Below, in pieces: positions 50,780 through 61,750 of a DNA stretch of 64,000 nucleotides. The DNA is taken from positions 248,001 through 312,000 of the forward strand of contig OZ025677.1 in the NCBI GenBank assembly GCA_964019335.1, in the 5' to 3' direction. Within the stretch, counting starts at the first letter, position 1, and each line of letters starts with the position of its first letter. The translations under genes were made by a program, and so were the position numbers. The notes under the pieces were generated by a model. It searched no databases. It had not been told where the DNA came from and saw only the letters and a program-made list of their open reading frames with translations. The DNA is from Diplonema japonicum (taxonomy: Eukaryota; Protista; Euglenozoa: Diplonemea).

Positions 50780-52963
50780 CCATCTATCAACGGACCATTT
50801 TTGCCCACCAGGGGGTAATTTTTTAAAACCTCAAAAAAAACTATTCTAGCGCAACGCCGGGGCTATATGCCCCTGGGAATGCCTCCAGATGTCCCAATTC
50901 TAGAGAGAGAGTGCCCACAGCAGGGCCCACCCCCACAACATTGTCAAAAATATCGTTCCTGAAATGCTCGAGAGGGGGTACGAAAAACAAGTCAAAAAAA
51001 ATCGACTGTAAAATTAATACTATGAGCTATTTAAGGCCTTCTTGACGCGGTTCGTACGTGCCCCAGGGCTGGGGGACTTCTTTTTTGACCCCGAGGGGTT
51101 TCTGGGGGGTATTCCCGGCAAGGTGGTAGTCCTTGAAGCACGGAGTCACGCAAAGTTGTACCAAGCAGGCTGAACACTGAAACTGGGGTCTTTTCGACTT
51201 GCAATGCTTGCACGCACGTTGCGCTACTTTTTCGGGGAAATGGTCCCAGAAGGTACTGTCGCGGCGCATTGGGGTCTCAGGGCACTCGTTCTGTGTTTCG
51301 GGGCATGATATTGGGGCAGCCTGCTCTGTAGTTGACTTTAGCTGTTGTTTAGACTGCCTCCCTAGTAGCCCTTCGATGACTGCCTCTTTGAAAGGCGTGA
51401 ATCCACTGTCGTTCACACTCAGGGTGTTGGGGGGCAGTGCTTCTTTCCAAACAAGCCAAGCATTTGCCAGAGATTTATCTAACAAGTACGAAAATACTTT
51501 CAGGGACCACTTCGAAGTCATAAGGGTGCGTTTATGGCGTTTTGTCACAGCGTCACCCAGGTCGGTTCCGCCCATTGCAGTGTTGTAAATATGCACTTGG
51601 TGGGGGAGCGGAATGTCCTTTCTGGCTTTTTCTCTCTTTTGACCGACCCAGCGTTTGCACGTCAAGGACGACTTCACCGGAGCATAGCGCACAGGCTTGA
51701 CGTCATGCCACGTTATGTGGTGCAGAGGGTGCTCCACGTGCTGGTGGAACTGTGTGTCCCCACGGGGTGTCGGGACCGCGTCCTTGGGCTTGCGGCCTCG
51801 CTTCTTTGGGGCCTCCGTGGTCTCCGGGAGGCCTTTGCGATTCTTTCGCACAGTGCCGACGAACATGAAGCCCTGCTTGTACAGAGCAAGGACCAGGGGG
51901 ACAGTGGTGTACAAATTATCGGCAGCAAGCACATGCCCCCTGCCGGAGTAATCGGTGCACAGGGAAGTAACGATACTCGAAGTATCGCTTTTCCCACTGT
52001 ACACGGAGGAGTTCAGCGTGTACCCGTTGCTGCTGCTAAGGACATAAACCTTTATGCCATAGCGGTCGCGTTTTAAGGGCGAGTACTGCTTAAAATATAA
52101 GTTCCCAGCATGTGGAATTATACTTTCGTCCACATTCAACTCGGGATACCACGCCAAACGCCATGCAGAAGTTACCGAGGACACCAGCCACGATACTTTG
52201 TAAAGCCTATCTTCGTAGAAGCCAGCACCCTTGTGTGTTTCACTGTGAAAACACAAATTCCACAGAATAGTCAAAAATCGGTCTCTTGACATAACTGCAG
52301 CGTACCCAGGGGTGTAGTTTAGAGACGTGGAGTCTGTGCGCCAGTAATCAGAATAACATGGTTTGATATCCAAGTCCATCGACAAAAAGACACCTAGGAA
52401 GGTACGCAGAGAAGCAGCATCGAGATCCAGGGAAACACCTTTTCTAGCCGCATTTGCCACACTGTTCGAAGCTATGACCCGAATAACGTTTGGGACGAGC
52501 ATTTGGGAGAATATATGGTATGGCGTTGAGCCTTTGATGGCAAAACGGGGTCCACAAGGATTTCGATCCTCACGAAACCGGATGCCTTCCAACCGCTCCG
52601 GCTTTGTCGTCCAATCACCCTGCTGTGACTCGGAATCGGTCGAATTCGTATCAGAATCACTGTCCGTATCAAAACTGCATACTAGGGATGAGCCATCAGT
52701 GCTTTCATCACTCATCATGTCCTCTTCCGGCCTCTTTCTGAGCGCCATTTTTTGAAGTGGTTTTTAAGGGTAAATTTGGGCTGGCGTTTTTTTTTCTTTT
52801 TTCATTTTCTTGTTAAGTTAGGGCAGCATTTAGTTTATATTTTTCAAATTTTCCGCGCAGGACCCCGCCGGCAAGAAAGGGCCGGGCCGTATTGCATTGA
52901 AAGCCCTTTGCGTAAAAGATTTTTTTTCAAATCGTCTATATATAGACGCTCGTTGATAGATGG
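50780..52963 (-). mobile_element. Full-length piggyBac transposon
   Basis: TTAA-CCATCTATCAACG … CGTTGATAGATGG-TTAA (13-bp perfect TIRs, TTAA TSD) enclosing a transposase ORF. Confidence 0.95.
51027..52748 (-). CDS. piggyBac transposase (PGBD4-like), 573 aa
   Basis: Acidic N-terminus, MSRDRF motif, catalytic D residues in NVDES, ADNLYT and MGGTDLGD, and a Cys-rich C-terminal CKHC..CSACLVQLCVTPCFKDYH. Confidence 0.92.
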   Translation of the reverse strand: MALRKRPEEDMMSDESTDGSSLVCSFDTDSDSDTNSTDSESQQGDWTTKPERLEGIRFREDRNPCGPRFAIKGSTPYHIFSQMLVPNVIRVIASNSVANAARKGVSLDLDAASLRTFLGVFLSMDLDIKPCYSDYWRTDSTSLNYTPGYAAVMSRDRFLTILWNLCFHSETHKGAGFYEDRLYKVSWLVSSVTSAWRLAWYPELNVDESIIPHAGNLYFKQYSPLKRDRYGIKVYVLSSSNGYTLNSSVYSGKSDTSSIVTSLCTDYSGRGHVLAADNLYTTVPLVLALYKQGFMFVGTVRKNRKGLPETTEAPKKRGRKPKDAVPTPRGDTQFHQHVEHPLHHITWHDVKPVRYAPVKSSLTCKRWVGQKREKARKDIPLPHQVHIYNTAMGGTDLGDAVTKRHKRTLMTSKWSLKVFSYLLDKSLANAWLVWKEALPPNTLSVNDSGFTPFKEAVIEGLLGRQSKQQLKSTTEQAAPISCPETQNECPETPMRRDSTFWDHFPEKVAQRACKHCKSKRPQFQCSACLVQLCVTPCFKDYHLAGNTPQKPLGVKKEVPQPWGTYEPRQEGLK

Positions 52964-52967
52964 TTAA

Positions 52968-53720
52968 ATGAAAATCAGATAGCCTGATTTCACTTGCGGG
53001 GTCCCCTTTTTGACGAGTGATTTTACTTCACTCGCTCGTGAAGTAAAATCACTCGCTTCGCTCGTGAAGTAAAAAAACGAGTCAAAAAGGGGACCCCACA
53101 AGTGAAATCATGCTCTGATTTTATTCAACACTGCATTTTATTTAATGATGAGCTGCTCTCGAAAAGAATTTAGGTGCTAAGCGTGGCTTCGCTGCTGCCT
53201 GCTTGTAGCGGCACCATGCGAGTCTTTACTGAACACGGTACTGGGTTTGGTATGATCAATTCGGCGAATTGATGTTGACGTTTATGTCAAACGTGATTCT
53301 GTGCACTGTTGAAGTAGTGGGCTGTGTCGAAGGGGCAGGGCTGAAGGGGGCGTTGCAGGCTTCTGTGTTTGTTCCAGCCCTAGTAGGCGGCTCCGAGCGT
53401 TTTACGTACCGGTTCATGCCGGCTCCTTCTTGTAGGCTATTTCGCTTGCCGTTGGAAGCGTGTCTTCCATCACAGCTTTGGCCTCTTTCTCGAGGCTGAT
53501 GCCCTTGGCTCGCTTCCCGGTCGCCTTCGGTTTTCTTCCCATTTTGCTCGAAATGACTGTGGGCGTGAAATAAAGTACCTGATTTTCACGCCCAGCAACG
53601 TTTGGCTTAAAAACATGAGGAAAAAATCAGATACTTTATTTCACGCCCGTGAAATAAAGTGAAACCTGATTTATATCCTCCGGCCTAAATTCTTTGAGAG
53701 AGCTGCTCAGAATTAAAAAA
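52968..53720 (-). mobile_element. Hairpin-rich, internally deleted Crypton-like element
   Basis: Nested inverted repeats at 52971-53122 (…ctcgcttcgctcgtgaagtaaaa) and 53562-53670. A minus-strand mini-ORF at 53414-53542 reads MGRKPK…AKAVMEDTLPTASEIAYKK. Confidence 0.45.
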
Positions 53721-54129
53721 AAAAAAAAAAAAAAAACTGTTTTAGCCTTATGATTGTGTGCCTGGCACCCCACGTCCTCTAGGGGGACTGAGGCTTAACT
53801 TACTCAGTCACCTCGATGGTTTTACACTGCGCGGGCCGTCGAACTGTAGGGAGGAAATAACAATCAGGCTCCTTTCGGGGGGAAAAAAAAAAGATTAAAA
53901 GAGATTTGCATTTCCATTTTCAACAAACCTCCCAGCTTGTCTTTTTTAGATCTTGCTGGGGGAATTACGTGCGTTGCCCCCCCTGTTATTGATTCTTTTT
54001 TTTTTCCAGCCTGGGAGGGAAGGGGAGGCGGTTTTCAACGAGCTTTTCCTGTTTGTCCACGAACAGAAAATAAAAGAAGGGAATATTTCTCCGAGTTCCA
54101 CGCACGGAGGTTTTAGAAGAAGAAAAATA

Positions 54130-54206
54130 CTGTAAAACGAAAAACTCCCGGACGGAAAAATGTCAGGGTTTTTTTTGGTGTCCGGTCCGACATTATTCGT
54201 TTTACA
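54130..54206. mobile_element. TA-flanked micro-MITE
   Basis: TA-CTGTAAAACGAA … TTCGTTTACAG-TA. Confidence 0.6.
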
Positions 54207-54407
54207 GTAAAAAATACCAACCTAATGACACCTCTCCCCCCCGCTCTCCCCCCCGCTCCCCCCCCCCCCCCCCCCCCCCCCCCATTTTCTTTTGGGGGAT
54301 TCTCGTATTTTATTTGTTTCTATTTTAAGGCCTTTTGCTCTGCTTTCATTAAAAAAAAAAACAAGGTCTTCAAACTTAAAAAAAAAAGTACACCCCAGCT
54401 AGCCAAG

Positions 54408-56228
54408 ATGGCGCTGAACATGACAAGTGTTCTCAGTGTCATGCTGATGACGCTACTCGTAGTACTGGTCACCACCACCTACGGGCGTGGCACACGCTCG
54501 CAGCCTGACGTTGAAGCCCAAACCTCACTGGACAAAAAGACAGACAAGCCGTGCCCCACGTTGCCCCCTACATTACCGCCTAAGGTTGTGAAGGTTCCTG
54601 TCCCTGTGAAGGTTCCTGTTCCTGTGAAAGTTCCTGTCCCTATGAAAGTTCCTGTCCCTGTGAAGGTTCCTGTCCCTGTGAAAGTTCCTGTCCCTATGAA
54701 AGTTCCTGTCCCTATGAAAGTTCCTGTCCCTGTGAAGGTCCCTGTGAAGAAGTCTGGGGTCAACACGCCCGAAACAATGAACGAAAAGGAAATAGTACCT
54801 GGGGTGGAGCCTAAGTTCGTGCGCCTCAGTAGCGTAGACACCATCATCAAGAGGGATGGCCCCTGGTTCCTCGGGGCCTGCACTGCCACGAAGGACAGCG
54901 GCGCTTGGATGCGCGAGTGGCTCGAACTTCAAATTGCCGTCGGCATCGACCACGTGTGGGTCGCAGATGACAACAAAGACAACAGCACCGACATCTCGAA
55001 GTCTGTCCTCGATCACTACGTCCGCCTTGGCTACGTCACCATCATCCCCCCCCCGAGTATGACCTACCCCGGCTGTCAGCAGTTCGAGGGGCCCGAGGGA
55101 AGACACGACTGTGCCCCTGTGAAGCACTGCTTCGTGCATGCTGCACCCCACGTAAAGTGGCTCCTCTTCTCCGACACTGACGAGTTCATCTTCCCCCACA
55201 ACGGCTGCTCCCTTGCTGAGCACATCAAGAACACATGTAACCCTGATGCCACACACATCTATGTTAGGTGGGAGAGGTTCGGGTCCAGCGGTTTCGAGAT
55301 CCATCCGTCCGGCATGATGCTTGAGAACTTCCTCACCTCTGGGGGCACCTGCAGGCATGCGAAGTGCAGAACGGCCCCGTACACAAACTGCCCTGAGTGC
55401 AGGCACTCAAAGGTGATCTACAACACGGAGTGTGCGAAGGTGGAACATGCTGGGTGGATCCACTGGCCTGTGAACACCACCGACTGGAAGGCCCGTGGGA
55501 TCAGAGAGTACACCAAGAGGAGGTGGGTGCACTCTGATGGTCCTGGTGCGCACTGGAAGTCCGACAAGTGTTCGTACAGGGGGCTGATCGAGGACAGCGA
55601 CATATGCAACAAGTGGGCCATCAGTGGGGGCGGGTCGAAGAGGCCGAAGCAGTTCACACCCGACTGCTGCACGGGGGGTATTGGGTACAACCATTACGGG
55701 ACGCAGTCGAGGCAGTACTATGAGAGGAAGCAGAAGAACGTGGCGACGAACAAGAGGGGTTGGAGGACAGGGTTCGGGAGCATTGACAACAATGATGTTA
55801 TCTCGTTCTCAGTTCTGAAGTTCATGCGCGCGATGAGGAGGAGGTTCAAGGCACTGGGGACGCAGGTGTCTGACAACGTGGCCTTCGTGGATGTGCCTGG
55901 GAATGACTGGAAGGCCCGTGGGAAGTCGTGCTTCGTCGAGACAAACTGGAAGTACGGAGGAAAAGCGACCACAGTTACGAGGACAGTCAGTGTGGACACT
56001 GTGGAACAGTGCTGTCTGGTGTGCCACGAAACCAGCATGTGCAAGGCCTTCACCTTCACGAAGCTGAAGAAGTGCGACCTGTTCGTTGGCTCCACCACAG
56101 TCCCGGGCACTGACATTAGGGACAACGAGTACCACCTCCCTGCCAACAGGACATGGTCCTTAGGCTACAAGTCGGGGATCGCCATGCGGGAGGGTGAGTG
56201 TGCCTTCACCGCCACTAACCTCTCCTGA
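54408..56228 (+). CDS. GT-PAN paralog 14, intronless, KVPVPV-repeat stem
   Basis: ATG at 54408 (MALNMTSVLSV…) with continuous DGPWFLG junction. Confidence 0.88.
   Translation: MALNMTSVLSVMLMTLLVVLVTTTYGRGTRSQPDVEAQTSLDKKTDKPCPTLPPTLPPKVVKVPVPVKVPVPVKVPVPMKVPVPVKVPVPVKVPVPMKVPVPMKVPVPVKVPVKKSGVNTPETMNEKEIVPGVEPKFVRLSSVDTIIKRDGPWFLGACTATKDSGAWMREWLELQIAVGIDHVWVADDNKDNSTDISKSVLDHYVRLGYVTIIPPPSMTYPGCQQFEGPEGRHDCAPVKHCFVHAAPHVKWLLFSDTDEFIFPHNGCSLAEHIKNTCNPDATHIYVRWERFGSSGFEIHPSGMMLENFLTSGGTCRHAKCRTAPYTNCPECRHSKVIYNTECAKVEHAGWIHWPVNTTDWKARGIREYTKRRWVHSDGPGAHWKSDKCSYRGLIEDSDICNKWAISGGGSKRPKQFTPDCCTGGIGYNHYGTQSRQYYERKQKNVATNKRGWRTGFGSIDNNDVISFSVLKFMRAMRRRFKALGTQVSDNVAFVDVPGNDWKARGKSCFVETNWKYGGKATTVTRTVSVDTVEQCCLVCHETSMCKAFTFTKLKKCDLFVGSTTVPGTDIRDNEYHLPANRTWSLGYKSGIAMREGECAFTATNLS
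54591..54746 (+). repeat. Coding 18-bp minisatellite: (KVPVP[V/M])x8 plus a partial unit
   Basis: aa[ag]gttcctgt[ct]cct[ga]tg units. Confidence 0.95.
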
Positions 56229-57408
56229 ACATGCGATCTAGTTCGGTAGCAGTCCGTTCGACATGGGGTTTGTTAAAGGTTTCAGATTGTTATCTCCCGA
56301 TTTTGTTATGGTTTTTCTTTTTCTTCTTTTCTTTTCCCGTTCTCGTTCTTAGTGTTCTGGTTCTTTTTGTCCTCCAGTTGACAAAAAAAGATTTTTTTTT
56401 TCTCCCCGGTCATTTCCCCCTTTCTTTTTTTCGAATCTTTTTTCTTTTTGTATTTAACAAGCACGGGTCAGTTTCTTGTAAGAGCAAAAAAGAGTAGCGG
56501 TAACATGCGGTATTTATCCTGTGTGCACAACAAATGCTAAACCGACTTTTTATATTTCTCTCCTCTCAATTTTACTTCATTCACCCCGTCCGTCTGTTTG
56601 TGTAGGTTGACTCTTTCAAAGCTTTTTTGTTTCTTTTGTCTACTTACGAAATACCCACCCTGATTGGCTACTGTATGAAAGTAAGATTGAGGGGAGCAGT
56701 GACTGTTTCTCGTATATTGTTTCGCTCGAATATACATTTTAATATTCGTTGTGAGTTATTAACTTTTTTCTCTTTTTTTCCTCGCTTCCGTATACAAACT
56801 GCTTCCATTTCAGCTTTGGAGGGAAAATAGAAAAAGAAAACAAAAGTCTTGCCCCTATCCTAGTTTCCTCTTTCCTCCCTTATCCAATTCCAAGGACAAG
56901 GTGTTTCACTCTTTTTGCTTTCCTCAATTCCTCCCCTCTTTTCGTTCTTTCTAAAAAAAAAGAATGAAGAAGGAGGGGGGGAAGGGAGGAAACAAAAAGA
57001 AAAAGGGTCAACCGACTACAAGGAAACGTTAGACCAGAAAAACAGGCAATTTTTGAAAGGGGGTGTTCCCCATCCTCTTTCCTCCGTATTTTCCCTTCTT
57101 TTCTTTTTCTTGGAATAACTACAAATTCAATGTCTACAAAAAACTTTTTTTCCCTAAATTCATTTTTACGTCCTTTCCTTCGTTGTGACACAATAGTAAT
57201 CTTTTGAGAGAACTGCGGGCAAGCGAAGTAGATGGGGGCAAGTCATTGGGAGTCTCGGAATCTGTATTTTCTCTTCCCTTAATTTGACCCCTTCAGGCCA
57301 TGAATATTTAGTAAATAAGTAGGAGCCCCTCATTTACTTGCTTGGTCTTGCAACAAGAATTAAGGAATTAAAAAAAAGAAGAAAAAAAAATTCTTGCACA
57401 AAACCCCC

Positions 57409-57443
<35 letters not shown>

Positions 57444-58254
57444 CCCGTTTAAATCCCCTCCTCGCCCTCTAGTGTATCAGAAGTGAAACCACCACCATGT
57501 TGGTGTGCACTTTAGCACTATGAACCTTTCTCCCCCACCCCTTTCCTTATGCACCTTTTTTTTTCCTTTTTTCTTTTACCGCATCTCGTATTGGTTCCAC
57601 AACGGATGGAAACGCGTTTCCATGCCTGAGAAACGTGCACCTTGCACCCAATTAAAGAACTGTTACTATCATACATCACCCCTCTTAAGAGATAAGAGAG
57701 TAAGTTTTCCAATTTTGTCGGAATTGTTATAGAACAGCACCCCCCACGAATTCATAAAAATAGGTTTTTTTGGATAGTCTCCTGTGTTTTAAGAGCAACT
57801 CTATACAACATGTGGAAAAGGTCAGGACGGAGATCATCAAATGTGTCCGAACCTGACCGATTGCTCTTAAGTGAGATCCAAAAACCTGTTTTTACGGATT
57901 CGCGGGGTGCCATATTAATTCAGGAAAGAAATCGAAAGTTTGACCCCCTTGACCCCCCCCCCCCCCCCCCCCCTGACAGCCGGGGTTGCACCGGTCCCCT
58001 CTGGTCACCTGAATGGTTATTTCGCAGTGCACTATTGACAACACTGGAAGTGCCCTTTTGCTTTTCTCTTCTTTTTTATTATTTAGGAGTTTGCCTCTGT
58101 TTTCGAGGTAGTGAGATTCAGAACTGGAAAGAAACACCAATTTCTGAATCAATTCCGTACCATACAACTCAGTGCTTCTACTCTAGGTGGCGGAACCCTT
58201 TGGTTGGTTGGTAGGACTATTGTGTGGATTCTGGGTCTTATAGTATTAACACGT

Positions 58255-58295
<41 letters not shown>

Positions 58296-58377
58296 TCCTC
58301 GAAATGAACCACACACCAGTATTCCTTTATAAAAAAACACAAAGCAGCGAAAGAAAGGGCACAGCCCACTCTGCAAG

Positions 58378-59997
58378 ATGAACATGTCAAGTGTGTTTGG
58401 CGTCATGCTCCTGACGGTTGCTGCGGTGCTGCTGACGACGTACGGGAGGAGCACGAAGCCAGTTGACACGCAGGTAGCCTGCCCTCCGAAGCTCCCTCAG
58501 ACAGGGAACCCTCAGACAGGAAACCCTCAGACAGGGAACGGGATGGTTAAGGAAACTGATATGCTGCCTGGTGTCATGGAGGGCGACTTTGTGACACTTC
58601 ACGGAACGGATAACACGGTGATTAAAAGAAAAGGCCCCTGGTTCCTCGGGGCCTGCACTGCCACGAAGGACAGCGGCGCTTGGATACGCGAGTGGCTCGA
58701 ACTTCAAATTGCCGTCGGCATCGACCACGTGTGGGTCGCAGATGACAACAAAGACAACAGCACCGACATCTCGAAGTCTGTCCTCGATCACTACGTCCGC
58801 CTTGGCTACGTCACCATCATCCCCCCCCCGAGTATGACCTACCCCGGCTGTCAGCAGTTCGAGGGGCCCGAGGGAAGACACGACTGTGCCCCTGTGAAGC
58901 ACTGCTTCGTGCATGCTGCACCCCACGTAAAGTGGCTCCTCTTCTCCGACACTGACGAGTTCATCTTCCCCCACAACGGCTGCTCCCTTGCTGAGCACAT
59001 CAAGAACACATGTAACCCTGATGCCACACACATCTATGTTAGGTGGGAGAGGTTCGGGTCCAGCGGTTTCGAGGCTCACCCCAATGGCATGATGCTTGAG
59101 AACTTCCTCTCCTCTGGGGGCACCTGCAAGATGAAGGGGTGCCGCGAGACCCCGTACACGAACTGCCCTGAGTGCAGGCACTCAAAGGTGATCTACAACA
59201 CGGAGTGTGCGAAAGAGGAACATGCTGGGTGGATCCACTGGCCTGTGAACACCACCGACTGGAAGGCCCGTGGGATCCCTGAGTACACCAAGAGGAGGTG
59301 GGTGCACTCTGATGGTCCTGGTGCGCACTGGAAACATGAGAAGTGCGAGTACACGGGACTGCTCGAGGACAGTGAGAGGTGCAACACATGGGCGAAGAGC
59401 GGTGGTGGGTCGCAGAGGCCGAAGCAGTTCACACCCGACTGCTGCACGGGGGGTATTGGGTACAACCATTACGGGACGCAGTCGAGGCAGTACTATGAGA
59501 GGAAGCAGAGGAACGTGGCAACCAGCAAGAGGGGTTGGAGGACAGGGTTCGGGGGGATTGACAACAAAGGTGTTATCTCGTTCTCAGTTCTGAAGTTCAT
59601 GCGCGCGATGAGGAGGAGGTTCAAGGCACTGGGGACGCAGGTGTCTGACAACGTGGCCTTCGTGGATGTGGGCGAAGGAAAGTCGTGCTTCGTTGAGCAG
59701 AACTTCGTGTACGCGGCAGTCGAGAGTACAGAAATGAGGTACGGGGCAGCTGCCAACAACAGTGATGAGTGCTGTCTGGCGTGCCACAACACCAGCATGT
59801 GCAAGGCCTTCACCTTCACGAAGCTGAAGAGGTGCAACCTTCTCATTGGCTCCACTAAAGTCCCTGGCACCGAGATCAGGGACAACGAGTACCACCTCCC
59901 TGCCAACAGGACATGGTCCCTCAAGCATGCCTCCGGTATCCCAATGCGGGAGGGAGAGTGCGTGTTCCCTGGACACGTCCCTAGCCCGTCGAAATAG
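58378..59997 (+). CDS. GT-PAN paralog 15, intronless, (PQTGN)x3 stem
   Basis: 539-aa ORF. Confidence 0.9.
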   Translation: MNMSSVFGVMLLTVAAVLLTTYGRSTKPVDTQVACPPKLPQTGNPQTGNPQTGNGMVKETDMLPGVMEGDFVTLHGTDNTVIKRKGPWFLGACTATKDSGAWIREWLELQIAVGIDHVWVADDNKDNSTDISKSVLDHYVRLGYVTIIPPPSMTYPGCQQFEGPEGRHDCAPVKHCFVHAAPHVKWLLFSDTDEFIFPHNGCSLAEHIKNTCNPDATHIYVRWERFGSSGFEAHPNGMMLENFLSSGGTCKMKGCRETPYTNCPECRHSKVIYNTECAKEEHAGWIHWPVNTTDWKARGIPEYTKRRWVHSDGPGAHWKHEKCEYTGLLEDSERCNTWAKSGGGSQRPKQFTPDCCTGGIGYNHYGTQSRQYYERKQRNVATSKRGWRTGFGGIDNKGVISFSVLKFMRAMRRRFKALGTQVSDNVAFVDVGEGKSCFVEQNFVYAAVESTEMRYGAAANNSDECCLACHNTSMCKAFTFTKLKRCNLLIGSTKVPGTEIRDNEYHLPANRTWSLKHASGIPMREGECVFPGHVPSPSK

Positions 59998-60071
59998 TGC
60001 TTGTTCTTTCTCTTTGTTGTACCGCCCTTGATTTCGTAATTACTTCTTTTTCGTATTCATGAAGAAAAAGT

Positions 60072-60119
<48 letters not shown>

Positions 60120-61687
60120 ACATCCCCCTCCCCCTTCCCTTCTTCGTTCATTTTCATTTTTTTATACCCCCCTTCCCCCCTCTGTTCTAGCAGACTGTAA
60201 GAAATTCAGCGAAAGCTTTTTTTTTCTATACCGTGAATTAAAAAAAAAAAAAAATCAACTTTCTAAAACAAAAACCTCCGCGTTACTGAAAAGTTCTTAC
60301 CCAGTCCAGCACTGAAGATTTTCCTTAACACAATTGGAACAACAACACTCCCTGAATCCCTTCCCTTCCCCCTTTTTTCTTTTTCTTTCTCACATCCGTT
60401 CTGTTGAAATGTGTTGAGTGAAGATTCCCAAACTTTAAAAAAAAAATAAAAAAAAATATGGGAAATAAAAAAAAAAGATCTATGAAAAGAGATCATCAAA
60501 AAAAAAAAAATCTGAAAGAAAAAAATAAATGGACAACGCGGCCTTAGCTTTCTTGCAGTCAAGTGCTGAAGAAATAGCAACCGACAAATCTGCTTCTTCT
60601 TTTTTTTTTTTTTTATAAAATTTTTTTACCCTACAATTTCTTTTTTTTTCCTTGCCTTTTAGAATCTTATGTGTGTGCCCCCAAAAAAAAGCTTTCTTTT
60701 AAAAAGATATTGAAGAGTTTCGCAGTGTTAACCCCTTCCCTTTCCCCCCTTCCAATACCTATCATATTGCCAGCTACTCTTTTCTATTTCTTTTTTCTTT
60801 TACTATTATTTCTTTTTCCTTTACTCTTTTCTTTTCCTCTTTTTTCTCCCGCCCTTCGTCCCCCCTTCTTTCTATTTATTTACTTTTTTTGACCTTGTTC
60901 TTCCTGATTTGCGTCCTTCCTTTTTTTTTTTTTTTTTTTTCCTTCTCTCCCTTTATTTGCTCCATGATAATCATTCTATAAGAAGCAGGTGGTAGAATGA
61001 GAGTGGGGAGGGGTAAAAAGGAAATTTCTTTCGGATGAAAAAACAAGAAGAGCTGATGGTGGAAAAAAAAGGAGAATGAGAAAAAAACATCGAAGGAGAA
61101 AAAAAAAAAAAAAAAGAAGAAAAGAAATGTAAATCAAAAAGAAATAAAAAGAGAAGAAAAAAAAAAAGAAAAGAAATTTTGGAAATACCTCGGGTTGGGA
61201 TCGTTTTCTTTTTTCTTTCTTTGAAATTTAGTTTCCATTCAAAAGTGTCGCAAGGCTTGATCATCCTTTCGATATCAACGACTGAAGCACGTGTATTTTT
61301 TCCCCCTTCTTTTCACCTTATTTTAATTTTTTTTATCTTCCCCTTACCCTTTTCTTTATAAGTTTTTTCCCCCCCCTTTTTTTTCTCCTCCACCTTGTGC
61401 GTGTCTTTGCCCATTGCCCCGGAGTCTGACCCCTAGACCAGGACAGCAAGACGCCGATAGTTGCCTGTGGGGAAAAAAAAGGGAAAAAAAAAAAAGAATA
61501 AAGGAAAAGAATAAAAAAAAAAAAAAAAAAGAAAAAAAAAACCTGAAAGAGAAAGGAAGGAAAAAAATAGCATTTTCTTTGATTCTACTGGATCCCACAA
61601 CTGAGGTATTTTTTTTTTTTTTTTTTTCTATGTATTTATTTTTTTTTACCCCCTTTTTTTTCACATATATTTTTACATATTTCTTTT

Positions 61688-61693
<6 letters not shown>

Positions 61694-61748
<55 letters not shown>
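61694..61748. repeat. (CA)n microsatellite
   Basis: Direct reading. Confidence 0.95.
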
Positions 61749-61750
<2 letters not shown>

